DNA from: Sedimentisphaerales bacterium
GTDB lineage: Bacteria > Planctomycetota > Phycisphaerae > Sedimentisphaerales > SM23-30
NCBI GenBank assembly: GCA_963663805.2
Contig: CAXXMR010000019.1
Coordinates: forward strand, 175,131 to 239,130
Direction of reading: 5' to 3'
DNA: 64,000 nt
Positions 40,861 to 50,487 of the stretch are shown here, one piece after another. The notes beneath the pieces were generated by a model. The model saw nothing but the letters and a program-made list of their open reading frames with translations. It had not been told where the DNA came from and ran no database searches. Position 1 is the first letter of the stretch; every line of letters begins with the position of its first letter. The position numbers and the translations under genes were made by a program.

Positions 40861-41577
40861 TTATTTCATTACCGCCAGTGCTTCAGCCAGCGTAAACCTG
40901 CCTTCGTACAATGCCCGTCCCACAATTATACCACCCAGCGGCAATTTGGAAAGTGCTTTAATATCTTCCAGCTGGCCCACTCCTCCCGATGCCGTAACCG
41001 GAACCTTGCAGTTCTCTGCCAGCCAACCCATCGCCTCCACATTCGGCCCGGTAAGCATCCCGTCGCAGGCAATATCAGTATAAACAATCGAAGCCAAAGG
41101 CCAGTCATTTACCACCCTGGCCATTTCTTCAACTGTCGTCTCACCCGTCTCTGTCCAGCCGTGCGTCGCTATTTTTCCGTCCCGCGCATCAAGCCCAAAA
41201 ACCAGCCTGTCCGCGTTTGCCTTTACCTGTCCCTCAAACCATTCAATATCTTCCAACGCCCGCGTGCCAATCACCACCTGCCGCACCCCCAGCCCCAAAA
41301 GACTCTCTATTCGCTGTGAGTCCCTGATTCCACCACCCACCTCAACCTGCAAACTCGTGTTCTTGACTATCCGTTCGATAACCTCCGCGTTACGCATCGA
41401 ACCTTCCAGCGCCCCGTCCAAATCCACCACATGCAGCCACCGGGCACCCTGGGCCTCAAACTCCTGCGCCTGAGCCAGCGGGTCGTCACCATAATTTATC
41501 TGCCGCGAATAATCCCCCTGCAACAAACGAACACATTTCCCACTACGCAAATCAATCGCCGGTAAAATATCTGTCAT
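40861..41577 (-). CDS. hisA: ProFAR isomerase HisA
   Basis: ILPAIDL, VRLLQGDY, LHVVDLDGA, GGGIR and TDIACDG. Confidence 0.95.
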   Translation of the reverse strand: MTDILPAIDLRSGKCVRLLQGDYSRQINYGDDPLAQAQEFEAQGARWLHVVDLDGALEGSMRNAEVIERIVKNTSLQVEVGGGIRDSQRIESLLGLGVRQVVIGTRALEDIEWFEGQVKANADRLVFGLDARDGKIATHGWTETGETTVEEMARVVNDWPLASIVYTDIACDGMLTGPNVEAMGWLAENCKVPVTASGGVGQLEDIKALSKLPLGGIIVGRALYEGRFTLAEALAVMK

Positions 41578-41591
41578 ATCACAAAAATCCT

Positions 41592-41698
41592 GTCAGAGCC
41601 GCACACCTTAGTAAACGGTGCCGTTAAATTAAAAATAATCCCGACCGAAGGTCGGCACCACGTCGTTCACTTTTGCCTCATGCCTCTTGCCTTCTTAA
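41592..41698 (+). repeat. Intergenic mosaic repeat M6
   Basis: REP-like unit-GCCGTT, then CCGACC GAA GGTCGG-CACCAC-GTCGTT, then heptamers. Confidence 0.85.
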
Positions 41699-41699
41699 A

Positions 41700-42785
41700 T
41701 CAATTCCCCAGCCAAAGTGCCTGAATCCGCGGCGCACCCGCCAGCTTCTCCAACTGAGCCTTGATGTCCAGCGGGTCATTCAGCGCCGCCGCTTGCGAGG
41801 CCGTCATAACCTCCATAAACGAAGGCGGGTCAACATACCGCACCACATGCGGATCGTAAATCCCCAACTCTTCAGCCATATCATCAATCGCGTCTTCCAG
41901 ATACCCCACCTTATCGACCAGGTGCTTATCCAACGCTTCCGGCCCGTCGTGAACATCGCCGTTGGCCAAAGGCCAGACTTCATCAACCGTCATTGACCGT
42001 CCCCGACTTACCACCTCCACAAACTGTTCATGAATCTTATCCAAATCTTCTTGAATATCTTTTTTCTCTTCGTCCGTCGGCATCCGGAACATGCTGTTAT
42101 GGTCCTTAAAAGGCGAGCGTGAAGACTTCACTACCACCGGATTAACCCCCAGCTTTTCTTCCAGTGCCTGCTGAACTATCAGATTAAGATATATCACCCC
42201 GATACTGCCCACCACACTATTGCGTTGAGCGTAAATTTTATCCGTCGCCACCGAAATCCAGTAAGCTCCGCTGGCCCCCACCTGCTGAATCACCGAATAT
42301 ATGGGCTTATCGCCGCAAATGTCAGTGATATACCGATTAACCATATTCGAAGGGGCCACCTGCCCACCCGGACTGTTCACCACCAGGATAATTCCTTTAA
42401 CGCTGTCATCTTCAGCAGCCCGTTTGAGTTTCTGCCGCAAATCAGCGGCTGTCTCCATATTGATAGTGCCCGCCAAATCTATCAACGCGATTTTATCCGC
42501 TTCGTTACCCGCCATATAAACATGTTCTTGCAGCTTTGAGCCAAGTATCACTATCAGATAAACATTCAGCCCGATAGAAAGCACAAAAATCAGTGACATG
42601 AAATACCGAAACATTGCGCCCGCTGCCGAACCGCGCGAACCACCTCGCGCCGGACCAGCCTGGGGCATATATACCGGAATAGGCTGGGCCGCCCGAACTC
42701 TGCCCGAAGCACCCACAGGTGGAGCGGGAGTTTCCGGCGACAAATCATAAGTATTTTCATTGGGCTCAGTCATAATAATCCTCAA
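41700..42785 (-). CDS. sppA: Signal peptide peptidase SppA (S49 family)
   Basis: VNSPGG, ASGAYWIS and GSIGV; one TM. Confidence 0.88.
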   Translation of the reverse strand: MRIIMTEPNENTYDLSPETPAPPVGASGRVRAAQPIPVYMPQAGPARGGSRGSAAGAMFRYFMSLIFVLSIGLNVYLIVILGSKLQEHVYMAGNEADKIALIDLAGTINMETAADLRQKLKRAAEDDSVKGIILVVNSPGGQVAPSNMVNRYITDICGDKPIYSVIQQVGASGAYWISVATDKIYAQRNSVVGSIGVIYLNLIVQQALEEKLGVNPVVVKSSRSPFKDHNSMFRMPTDEEKKDIQEDLDKIHEQFVEVVSRGRSMTVDEVWPLANGDVHDGPEALDKHLVDKVGYLEDAIDDMAEELGIYDPHVVRYVDPPSFMEVMTASQAAALNDPLDIKAQLEKLAGAPRIQALWLGN

Positions 42786-43011
42786 TTCTGTTCTATAAGT
42801 TCACCGTTAATGTAATTCGCCGACAATTATAATCAAATATCGTCTCGCGAACCCGGAAAAATACTTTTTATTAACCAAACTTCACTAAATTTGCGCAAAA
42901 ACTTTCATAACAACATGTTATATCTAAAATTAAGTCGAGTTTTGGTCGGCCCACCGCCTCCCCAAGCTCAATTTTGCCGTTTATCAACCGGACATCTCTA
43001 TTGGTCACTGG

Positions 43012-44043
43012 TTGCAAACCGCCCAAAGGCCGTTTATCATTTGGGCCATGGAAAACCAAAATACAAAATCGCCCATGAGTTGGCAATCGCTTACCGAGCA
43101 TCCCGCCGCCGCGACTACCGTATTAGCGGTCGCTCTGGCTCTGTGCCTGCTCATTGCCAAAATATATGTCGTGCAAAATCCCATCAGTTATAAATCTCAG
43201 GAATGGCATCTCGCCGATGTCCTCCAGAAAAACCCGCTTCTCGAAAAAGTAGCTGCCGACGGTCTGGAAGAATACCTCGGCCGGGAGAATATCGCCCGCT
43301 ACTACCTCATCGAGCTGGGCGACCAGGCCATCGGCTACGGAGCCTGGGCCCTCGAACCGCAGCTCGATTCCAATACCGGCCAACTCGTCTATCGCGGACG
43401 CGAAATCTGGAATACTCCCCAGGAAGGAAGAATGCGCTACATTGCTTTTACTGTTCCTGATGACCTCAGTTGGTACACGCACCAGCTCCGGCGAAAACTC
43501 GATTATCAAGGCGAAAAAATCCAGGTTGATATTATCCAGAATTATCGTAGCGGAATACTCGAAGCCTCGCTTTCCGTAAAGGACCAGCACAAAGCTATAG
43601 GCCCGATCCAGATTCCCGCCCATGTCATTATGCCCCCCGGCTTCCTTGATATTATCAGCAGCATTGCCGCCCGCGATGCGTCCCCCGGCGAAAAAACTGA
43701 TTCGTTAATGATGATTGACCCCGAAGCACCTTTCGCCGGCGGCGGTGATATGCCCATCACCAGAGTTCAGCTGCGAACCTGCTCACCAGACAATGTCCCT
43801 GAAAATATTCGTCAGCAGCACCCCGAAGGGTTACCGGTTCAGGTTTTCTGGATGGACCAGCTTGCCAAACAGGTGATTTACTACGACGACCAGCACCAGA
43901 TTATCTGGCAGCAGGACATGACCCAGTTCGGCCCCCAGACCATAACGGTTGTAGAAAAAGATGAGCTTATCGAAAAATTCCCGGAAACTCAGGAACTGCT
44001 CGAAAAATGGCATCGCCAGGACCAGGACCAGCAAAGCATCTGA
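43012..44043 (+). CDS. Hypothetical membrane-anchored protein
   Basis: 343-aa ORF with an N-terminal TM; true start probably MENQ at 43048. Confidence 0.7.
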   Translation: MQTAQRPFIIWAMENQNTKSPMSWQSLTEHPAAATTVLAVALALCLLIAKIYVVQNPISYKSQEWHLADVLQKNPLLEKVAADGLEEYLGRENIARYYLIELGDQAIGYGAWALEPQLDSNTGQLVYRGREIWNTPQEGRMRYIAFTVPDDLSWYTHQLRRKLDYQGEKIQVDIIQNYRSGILEASLSVKDQHKAIGPIQIPAHVIMPPGFLDIISSIAARDASPGEKTDSLMMIDPEAPFAGGGDMPITRVQLRTCSPDNVPENIRQQHPEGLPVQVFWMDQLAKQVIYYDDQHQIIWQQDMTQFGPQTITVVEKDELIEKFPETQELLEKWHRQDQDQQSI

Positions 44044-44064
44044 AAAATCTTTTAATCGCTGACT

Positions 44065-45561
44065 ATGTTTTCTTCAGCGTTGCAAGTGATTAAAATGTAT
44101 CATAATTCGATTATGAAAAATATATTTCGATTGACCATCCTGTTCCTGCCCATGTTCTGTCTGTCTGCTCACGCGCAGCAGTCGGGTACAACGCCAACCC
44201 CGGATTATATTGATATTCGCACCGGATTCTCACTCGATTTACCCAATGGGGTTTTCCCCACCGAACGCGTACCTTATATAGTAGATGAACTGCAGCTCAA
44301 ACGCTGGGACATCCTCCGCTGTCCGCCCAGTACCCAACTGGTTTGTTTCGTTAATCCCCCCCAAAATCTCCAGCTCCAAATCCAGCTTCTCAGCACACGC
44401 GAAAAAATGACCATGGAGCAGATTCGCAATGCCCGCGTCGATCTCATCTCCAAAACCCCCGGCCTGAAATTGGATGATTCCGAAATTATTCCCGATTCAA
44501 CTCCGACTACGCTTTATCTCAACGCCAAATATCAGAGCGAAAACCTGAAACTGAATTTTTCCGAAGCTGTAATACTCGCCGAACCCGACCGTTTCTTCCT
44601 GCTTCGCGTCACCACCGAAAACAAACCCGATTCTGAGCCAGACGATTTATCCCGGCAAACCGTTCACGCTCTCACGCCAACCTTCAATTATTTCGGCGAA
44701 GAAATGCTCCAACGCCGCTGGTCACTGGCCCGCAAGGTCGGCCACAAACTGCTCGAAGAACTCACCGCCACACCTATCCTCGCCGCCGAACAAACCCTAT
44801 GGTATCAGATTGCCAACCAGAACCGCCCCATCGGTTTCCGCCGGGTTACCACCGCCTATGACGACGCCAGACAATTACAAATCTCAACCTGGACCTATAT
44901 CGACAATGGCCCCGACGCCCTGGCATTCCTCAACGCCCTGGCTCGTAACCCCATCCCGCCCCAGGAAGACCAGACCTCCATCCCTCTGGTCGGACCCGTC
45001 ATGATTAGCGGCTATTCCTCCTACCAGGCCGTTCAACGCAAAGAAACTTTCAGCCTCTGGGTCCGCGAACTCCAAGGCCGCCAGTATGGGTGCAGCGAAG
45101 TCGGACTTTGGGACGGCAAGGGACTGACCATTACCCGCGTCGAAAAATCCGCCAATGAAAGCAAACCTGTCAGCGAAGATTACAACCTCGAACAAAACGG
45201 TTACCTCACCTGGTCACTGGATTCAATTGTCGGCCAAATCCTCGACACCCAAACCCAGCAGGAATATGTCTTTCTCAAATACGCCAACCGCCAGCTGGGT
45301 TCTATTGTCTATCGGGTCAACGGTCGCCGAGATGACCTTGTCCACATCATCGCCCATAATGCCGCTCCCGGCCCTGTCGCTGAACTGTGGGTTAATGGTG
45401 CTGGTTCAATTCAGCAGTGGCGCGGCAATGGTATCGACATGACAATCACTACACTCGAACAAATAAAAACCAAATGGGACCAGCAGCTCCAGAATCTCCA
45501 GCCCGATAAGCCTCTGGCTCCACCCCCAAAAAATATTGAGAACGCCAATTTATCCGAATAA
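44065..45561 (+). CDS. Hypothetical secreted protein
   Basis: 498-aa ORF with a signal peptide MKNIFRLTILFL...SAHA. Confidence 0.7.
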   Translation: MFSSALQVIKMYHNSIMKNIFRLTILFLPMFCLSAHAQQSGTTPTPDYIDIRTGFSLDLPNGVFPTERVPYIVDELQLKRWDILRCPPSTQLVCFVNPPQNLQLQIQLLSTREKMTMEQIRNARVDLISKTPGLKLDDSEIIPDSTPTTLYLNAKYQSENLKLNFSEAVILAEPDRFFLLRVTTENKPDSEPDDLSRQTVHALTPTFNYFGEEMLQRRWSLARKVGHKLLEELTATPILAAEQTLWYQIANQNRPIGFRRVTTAYDDARQLQISTWTYIDNGPDALAFLNALARNPIPPQEDQTSIPLVGPVMISGYSSYQAVQRKETFSLWVRELQGRQYGCSEVGLWDGKGLTITRVEKSANESKPVSEDYNLEQNGYLTWSLDSIVGQILDTQTQQEYVFLKYANRQLGSIVYRVNGRRDDLVHIIAHNAAPGPVAELWVNGAGSIQQWRGNGIDMTITTLEQIKTKWDQQLQNLQPDKPLAPPPKNIENANLSE

Positions 45562-45611
45562 AATCAACTGACAAAAAACCGCAACCTGATTTGGAAAAAG
45601 GAAAATAAAAA

Positions 45612-46589
45612 ATGCCCAGTGAAATCAAAACTGATGTTGTTATTGTCGGGGCCGGACCCACCGGACTTGCCTCGGCTATGTACACTGCCCGCGACCGTTA
45701 TGATACCGTCGTCCTCGAAAAGCTCGTGCCCGGCGGACAAATCAACAATACTGACCGCATCGAAAATTTTCCCGGATTCAAAATGATTTCCGGTTCCGAC
45801 CTGGCCGTTGCTCAGTACGAACAAGCCACCGCTTTTGGCGCCAAAATCAAAGTTGGTGTTCAGGCCCAGGCTCTCGCCCGTCGCGACGACGGACTTATCG
45901 AAGTCAAGACCAACGAAGATACCTTTCTTGCCCGCGTGGTAATTCTTTCTCCCGGCAGCGACTTCCGCAAACTCGGCGTGCCCGGCGAAGATAAATTCCG
46001 CTCCGCCGGCTCCGGTGTCAGCTATTGCGGTATGTGCGACGCGCCCTTCTTCCGTGACAAAACCGTTGTCACCGTCGGCGGCGGCAACACCGCGGTTGAA
46101 GACACCATCCACCTTAGTCGTTTCGCTAAAAAAGTTATCATGGTCCATCGCCGCGATGAGTTTCGGGCCACCAAAATTCTTGTTGAGGAACTGCTTGAAG
46201 AAGAGAAAAAAGGCGTTATCGAAATCAAATATGATTCCGTTATTACCAGTATTAACGGCGACAACTCCGTCGGTTCCGCGACCATCCAGAACGTTAAAAC
46301 TAAGGAGTCACACGATGTCGATTGTGACGGCGTATTTATTTTTATAGGCCACGTCCCAAATACCAAATGGCTCGAAGGCACACTCGACCTCAACGAGCAG
46401 GGCTTCATTAAATGTGACCCCCAATTCTTCCGCACCCAAATTCCCGGCGTTTTCGTCGCCGGCGATTGTCGAGTCGGTGCCGCCATGCAGCTGGCAACAG
46501 CTGTCGGTGACGGAGTAACCGTCGCTGTCTTTATGAAAGAATACTTCCGTGACCCCCAATGGTGGAACAAAAACAACGCCGTTATTTAG
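45612..46589 (+). CDS. trxB: Thioredoxin reductase
   Basis: GAGPTG, IENFPG, GVSYCGMCD, GGGNTAVE, HRRDEFRA and AGD. Confidence 0.93.
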   Translation: MPSEIKTDVVIVGAGPTGLASAMYTARDRYDTVVLEKLVPGGQINNTDRIENFPGFKMISGSDLAVAQYEQATAFGAKIKVGVQAQALARRDDGLIEVKTNEDTFLARVVILSPGSDFRKLGVPGEDKFRSAGSGVSYCGMCDAPFFRDKTVVTVGGGNTAVEDTIHLSRFAKKVIMVHRRDEFRATKILVEELLEEEKKGVIEIKYDSVITSINGDNSVGSATIQNVKTKESHDVDCDGVFIFIGHVPNTKWLEGTLDLNEQGFIKCDPQFFRTQIPGVFVAGDCRVGAAMQLATAVGDGVTVAVFMKEYFRDPQWWNKNNAVI

Positions 46590-46640
46590 CCAAGCAAGGG
46601 GCTGATCTTCGTGGTTTATGGCATCATCGAACGTTTGAGT

Positions 46641-46750
46641 AAAACGCACGTAACTAAGCGGTGTCGTTAAAAAACCGCGTAATCCGCGGCTAAATATTTT
46701 TGTTGTCGTTGTTTGTGTTGTTTAGAATTTCCAGTTTGTCTGGCTTGGAA
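46641..46750 (+). repeat. Intergenic mosaic repeat M7
   Basis: GCACGTAACTAAGCGGT-GTCGTT, then CCGCGTAATCCGCGGCTAAA, GTCGTT and TTGTTTAGAATTTCC. Confidence 0.8.
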
Positions 46751-46773
46751 TATTACAAACAGGAGCCCCGCTC

Positions 46774-47949
46774 ATGAAAATCGGCTATTTCGACTGCTGC
46801 TCCGGTGCCGCCGGTGATATGATCGTCGCTGCCTGTCTCGACGCCGGCGCTCCTCGCGATGTCCTGCTCGAAGAATTAGCCAAACTAAATCTTCCTAAGA
46901 TTAACCTCAGAATCGAGAAGGTCAAAAAGAACGCTCTCGCCGCGACAACTTTTGTACCCGAAGCACCTCACGAACATCACCATCGCAACCTTGGCATCAT
47001 CCGGGAGATAATCGAAGCCGCCAACTATTCACCTCGCGTCACCGTCCAGGCCGTCACCATTTTTACTGCACTCGCTGAAGCCGAAGCCAAAGTCCACAAT
47101 ACCACTATCGAGCAAGTCCATTTTCACGAAGTAGGTGCCGTCGATTCCATCATTGACATCGTCGCCGCCTGCCTCGCCCTTGAACTTCTTCAGGTCGATA
47201 AGATTTACGCCTCGCCTCCCGTAGTCGGCAACGGCACCGTCAAATGTGCCCACGGCATCATGCCCGTCCCCGCACCCGCTGCCGCCGAGCTGCTTCGCGG
47301 CATTCCGATTACGCCCACCGAAACCCAGGGCGAACTGCTCACCCCCACCGCCGCGGCCATACTGACAACCCTCGCTGAAAACTTCGGCCCACTCCCCGAA
47401 ATGACCATCGAAAACATCGGCTATGGCGCCGGCCAAAAAAACTTCCCCGAACTGCCCAATGTCCTGAGGCTTATCATTGGCACCGCCCGCGACCTCACCG
47501 ACACCACCCCCACCGAAGTCGCTGTTCTCGAAGCTAATATCGACGACACCGCACCCGAAATTATCGGCTTCCTCACCGAACAACTTCGCCATGCCGGCGC
47601 GCTTGACGTTTTCTGCACCCCGATTTTTATGAAAAAAAATCGACCCGCTACCCTGCTCAGCCTCATCTGCCGCCCCGACGAAACCCCAAAATTTGAAAAT
47701 ATTATTTTCAGGCAAAGTACTACCTTCGGTATCCGTCATCATCGCTGCCGACGAAACATTCTCAACCGCCAAACCCATACCGTAACCACAACGTACGGCC
47801 CGGTACGCGTCAAGCAGGGGTTTTATCAGGGGCATCTAATCACAGTGTCGCCCGAATATGAAGACTGCCGCCACCTTGCCCTTCAGAACAATCTCCCACT
47901 CAAAGACTTAATCGCCGCCGCCCAAAAAGCCGCCGAGGAACTGACATGA
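46774..47949 (+). CDS. larC: Nickel pincer cofactor biosynthesis protein LarC
   Basis: GAAGDM, HEHHHR, VHFHEVGAVDSIIDI, GELLTPT, MKKNRP and PEYED. Confidence 0.93.
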   Translation: MKIGYFDCCSGAAGDMIVAACLDAGAPRDVLLEELAKLNLPKINLRIEKVKKNALAATTFVPEAPHEHHHRNLGIIREIIEAANYSPRVTVQAVTIFTALAEAEAKVHNTTIEQVHFHEVGAVDSIIDIVAACLALELLQVDKIYASPPVVGNGTVKCAHGIMPVPAPAAAELLRGIPITPTETQGELLTPTAAAILTTLAENFGPLPEMTIENIGYGAGQKNFPELPNVLRLIIGTARDLTDTTPTEVAVLEANIDDTAPEIIGFLTEQLRHAGALDVFCTPIFMKKNRPATLLSLICRPDETPKFENIIFRQSTTFGIRHHRCRRNILNRQTHTVTTTYGPVRVKQGFYQGHLITVSPEYEDCRHLALQNNLPLKDLIAAAQKAAEELT

Positions 47950-48572
47950 CCATCACACTGATAATTATCACTCCGATACTCGCCCAGGCCGAAGATGCCG
48001 CCAATACCGGTATCCCGATTTGGAAGTTCGCAATACCCGCAGCAGTTGCCATGTTCGCGTTTTTCATGCTTATGTCAACCCGCAAACGCATCGCACGCGG
48101 CCAGAGAAAAATGGGTATGCCCGTCAGACAGCGTATTAAGGAACAAGTCGGCCACAACCAGATTTACTCGCAAATCGGTGAACTAATGGCCGAACTAGCC
48201 GACCTCTCCCGCCAAATCAACGGCCAGATCGACACTCGACTCGCCAAACTCGAAATCCTCCTCGACCAGGCCGACCAAACCATCGCTCTTCTTGAAAATG
48301 CCGCTTCGCAGACAAATCACCCTGCGGACTCAACCGCCGCCGAAGATGCCCAACAGCTAATCCAAAACCTCCGCCAACAAATCCAGAACCCCACGCCCGC
48401 GAAAAAAAAAGATAACCCCAAACCAAACCCCATCACCGAAAAACCCGAAAATAGAAAAATCATAGAACTCGCTCAATCGGGCCAAACACCCCTACAAATC
48501 GCCCAAAAACTAAATCGCCCCATAGGTGAAATCGAACTAATCCTCTCACTCGGTAAAACCAATAACCCCTGA
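47946..48572 (+). CDS. Hypothetical protein: TM, coiled coil and C-terminal HTH-like segment
   Basis: TM segment and C-terminal IAQKLNRPIGEIELILSL. Confidence 0.75.
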   Translation: MTITLIIITPILAQAEDAANTGIPIWKFAIPAAVAMFAFFMLMSTRKRIARGQRKMGMPVRQRIKEQVGHNQIYSQIGELMAELADLSRQINGQIDTRLAKLEILLDQADQTIALLENAASQTNHPADSTAAEDAQQLIQNLRQQIQNPTPAKKKDNPKPNPITEKPENRKIIELAQSGQTPLQIAQKLNRPIGEIELILSLGKTNNP

Positions 48573-48595
48573 TAAACCCATACGGGTTTTGTTTA

Positions 48596-50173
48596 TCACA
48601 TCGCCACCGGTGCGCCCTTAACTTCAGTTTCCTTCTGCGCCGCCGAAGACTTAGTCGCCCGCCGCGGATCAATATACGTCGGCTCCGTCTTATCCATTAT
48701 CCGATAGAGCAGCCCCACAACTTCCTTACTCGAATAATTCTCCAGCGCCTTCTTGCGATTCGCTCGAACCAGAGAACGCCGCGGATCCTGCCTGCGGTCA
48801 TGCCGAAACAATCGCAACGTCGATTGCAACGCCGTTTTATTGGCATTCCAAAACTTGTTTACGAAATTCTCATCGTCCAGTCTGCCAATCGTTTCCAGCC
48901 GCGCCCCCAACCCGCCGTCAGTGTTGCCCGAACCCAAATCCGCGTAATCTGTCCCCTCAACCAGCAGTGCATTATACAGATGCTCCAGCGACATGCCCGC
49001 CTTGGTGAAGTCCATCGTCACCGCCGGAATATTCCTGCCCACCACGCAATGTTCCAGAACCCACGGCTCAATAAATACAAAACCAAACCCTTCCAGCACC
49101 GACGTACTGATAGTCATCCGGCTAATCGAATACATATCCGCCACCCCATACCGCAAAATATTTTCCGGCTGTTCCGGGTCATATTTCCGCTGCAATCCCA
49201 CCAAATCGCTAATATCAATCGTCACCGGCAAATCACGCTCCGCCGCGTAATCCCGCAGCCGCTGAGCATAACGCTTCTCTTCATCGCTGCCCCCATCCAG
49301 CGAAACCACCAGATGATATTTCGCGTCCAGATTATAACGCTGCCGATGTTCTTCCTGCTCCGCCAGCCGATTAAACAGCTTCAGCAAAAACATCGCCTCC
49401 TCCACATTCTTCCGCGGGATCGCCCGCACCGGATAAAACAGAATCGCCGCGTGCGGGTCAATGCCCTTTCGCTCATTCAGCAGTTCCCGCAGCTCCACCG
49501 TAGGCTCCTCACACCGCGACAGCGAATCATCGATACTATTAGGCACATACCAGATATGCGACGGCTCGATCCCGTGGTCCATCAAGCGATAATAGTCCGG
49601 CGTATTAATCGCGATATACTCCACGTTCGGCGTACACGGATACAAAATCTGATGCCAGTCCGGCATTTCATTGGGCAGATAAGTACGAAACTTCTTGATA
49701 TTCTTGAAATTGTCAGGCCGCTGCTGAGCAAAATCATGCACCCGCACCAGAAAACGCTTACTGCTGCCCGCCTGATATTCCCAAAGCGTCCACAGATAAA
49801 ACGCGTACATCACCGCCGGATTAACCCCCACCGACAGATTCTCCATCATGATAATATCTTCATCCGCGAACTGTTCCCGCAACTCCTCCGCTACATTCGT
49901 CCCGTGCCAGATATAATCATGCACCCGCTGAATCCGAATGTCCTTGCCCTCCAGCCCCGGTATCTTATATCCCGGCGACAGCTCCGGCACATCTACATAC
50001 CGCAGCTGACTGTTATGCCACGGCAGAAACTTATCAATCCCCTCGCAAGTCTTGCCAAAAAGACAAACATGCAAAGAAGGATCTATCTGCAAGAGTTGAT
50101 TGACCGTACGCCAGATGACCGTATTTACGCCGTCTCGCGCCCCGATGGAGTAATGACCGATTGCGATATGCAT
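48596..50173 (-). CDS. GT-B fold glycosyltransferase (GT4-like)
   Basis: DGVNTVI, HDF, PVRAIPRKNVEE and SVLEGFGFVFIEPW. Confidence 0.8.
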   Translation of the reverse strand: MHIAIGHYSIGARDGVNTVIWRTVNQLLQIDPSLHVCLFGKTCEGIDKFLPWHNSQLRYVDVPELSPGYKIPGLEGKDIRIQRVHDYIWHGTNVAEELREQFADEDIIMMENLSVGVNPAVMYAFYLWTLWEYQAGSSKRFLVRVHDFAQQRPDNFKNIKKFRTYLPNEMPDWHQILYPCTPNVEYIAINTPDYYRLMDHGIEPSHIWYVPNSIDDSLSRCEEPTVELRELLNERKGIDPHAAILFYPVRAIPRKNVEEAMFLLKLFNRLAEQEEHRQRYNLDAKYHLVVSLDGGSDEEKRYAQRLRDYAAERDLPVTIDISDLVGLQRKYDPEQPENILRYGVADMYSISRMTISTSVLEGFGFVFIEPWVLEHCVVGRNIPAVTMDFTKAGMSLEHLYNALLVEGTDYADLGSGNTDGGLGARLETIGRLDDENFVNKFWNANKTALQSTLRLFRHDRRQDPRRSLVRANRKKALENYSSKEVVGLLYRIMDKTEPTYIDPRRATKSSAAQKETEVKGAPVAM

Positions 50174-50487
50174 AATGTTCTCAGTTATTCGTTTCTCCCA
50201 TCGGCCCCAGTCCCTTTAGCCGACCATCTAACACTCTAAAAATTATCGGTCCATGACCGCCCAATCCTTTGAGCTATTTCCCATAACTTTTCCTGCCGCA
50301 GATTATTATAGCCGCCGTACTACTACTTCGGGCTCAATCCCTTCCATCTTAACTGCTAATAGTCTCCGCCAGCCCCGCAAACCGCATATAGGCGAATATT
50401 AACAATCACGCTGTGATTATAGGACTATCTTTTGGGTATAAATCCTTCCGCCAAGTTTTATTGTAACCCGAACGCCCTGGGCCTATA

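Noticed and set aside
48800..50239. Long antisense or alternate-frame ORFs (also 26495-27643, 27746-28690, most of 36537-37703, 47029-47835)
   Set aside because: They shadow genes with clear motifs, have low-complexity translations, and are expected where skewed codon usage depletes stop codons.
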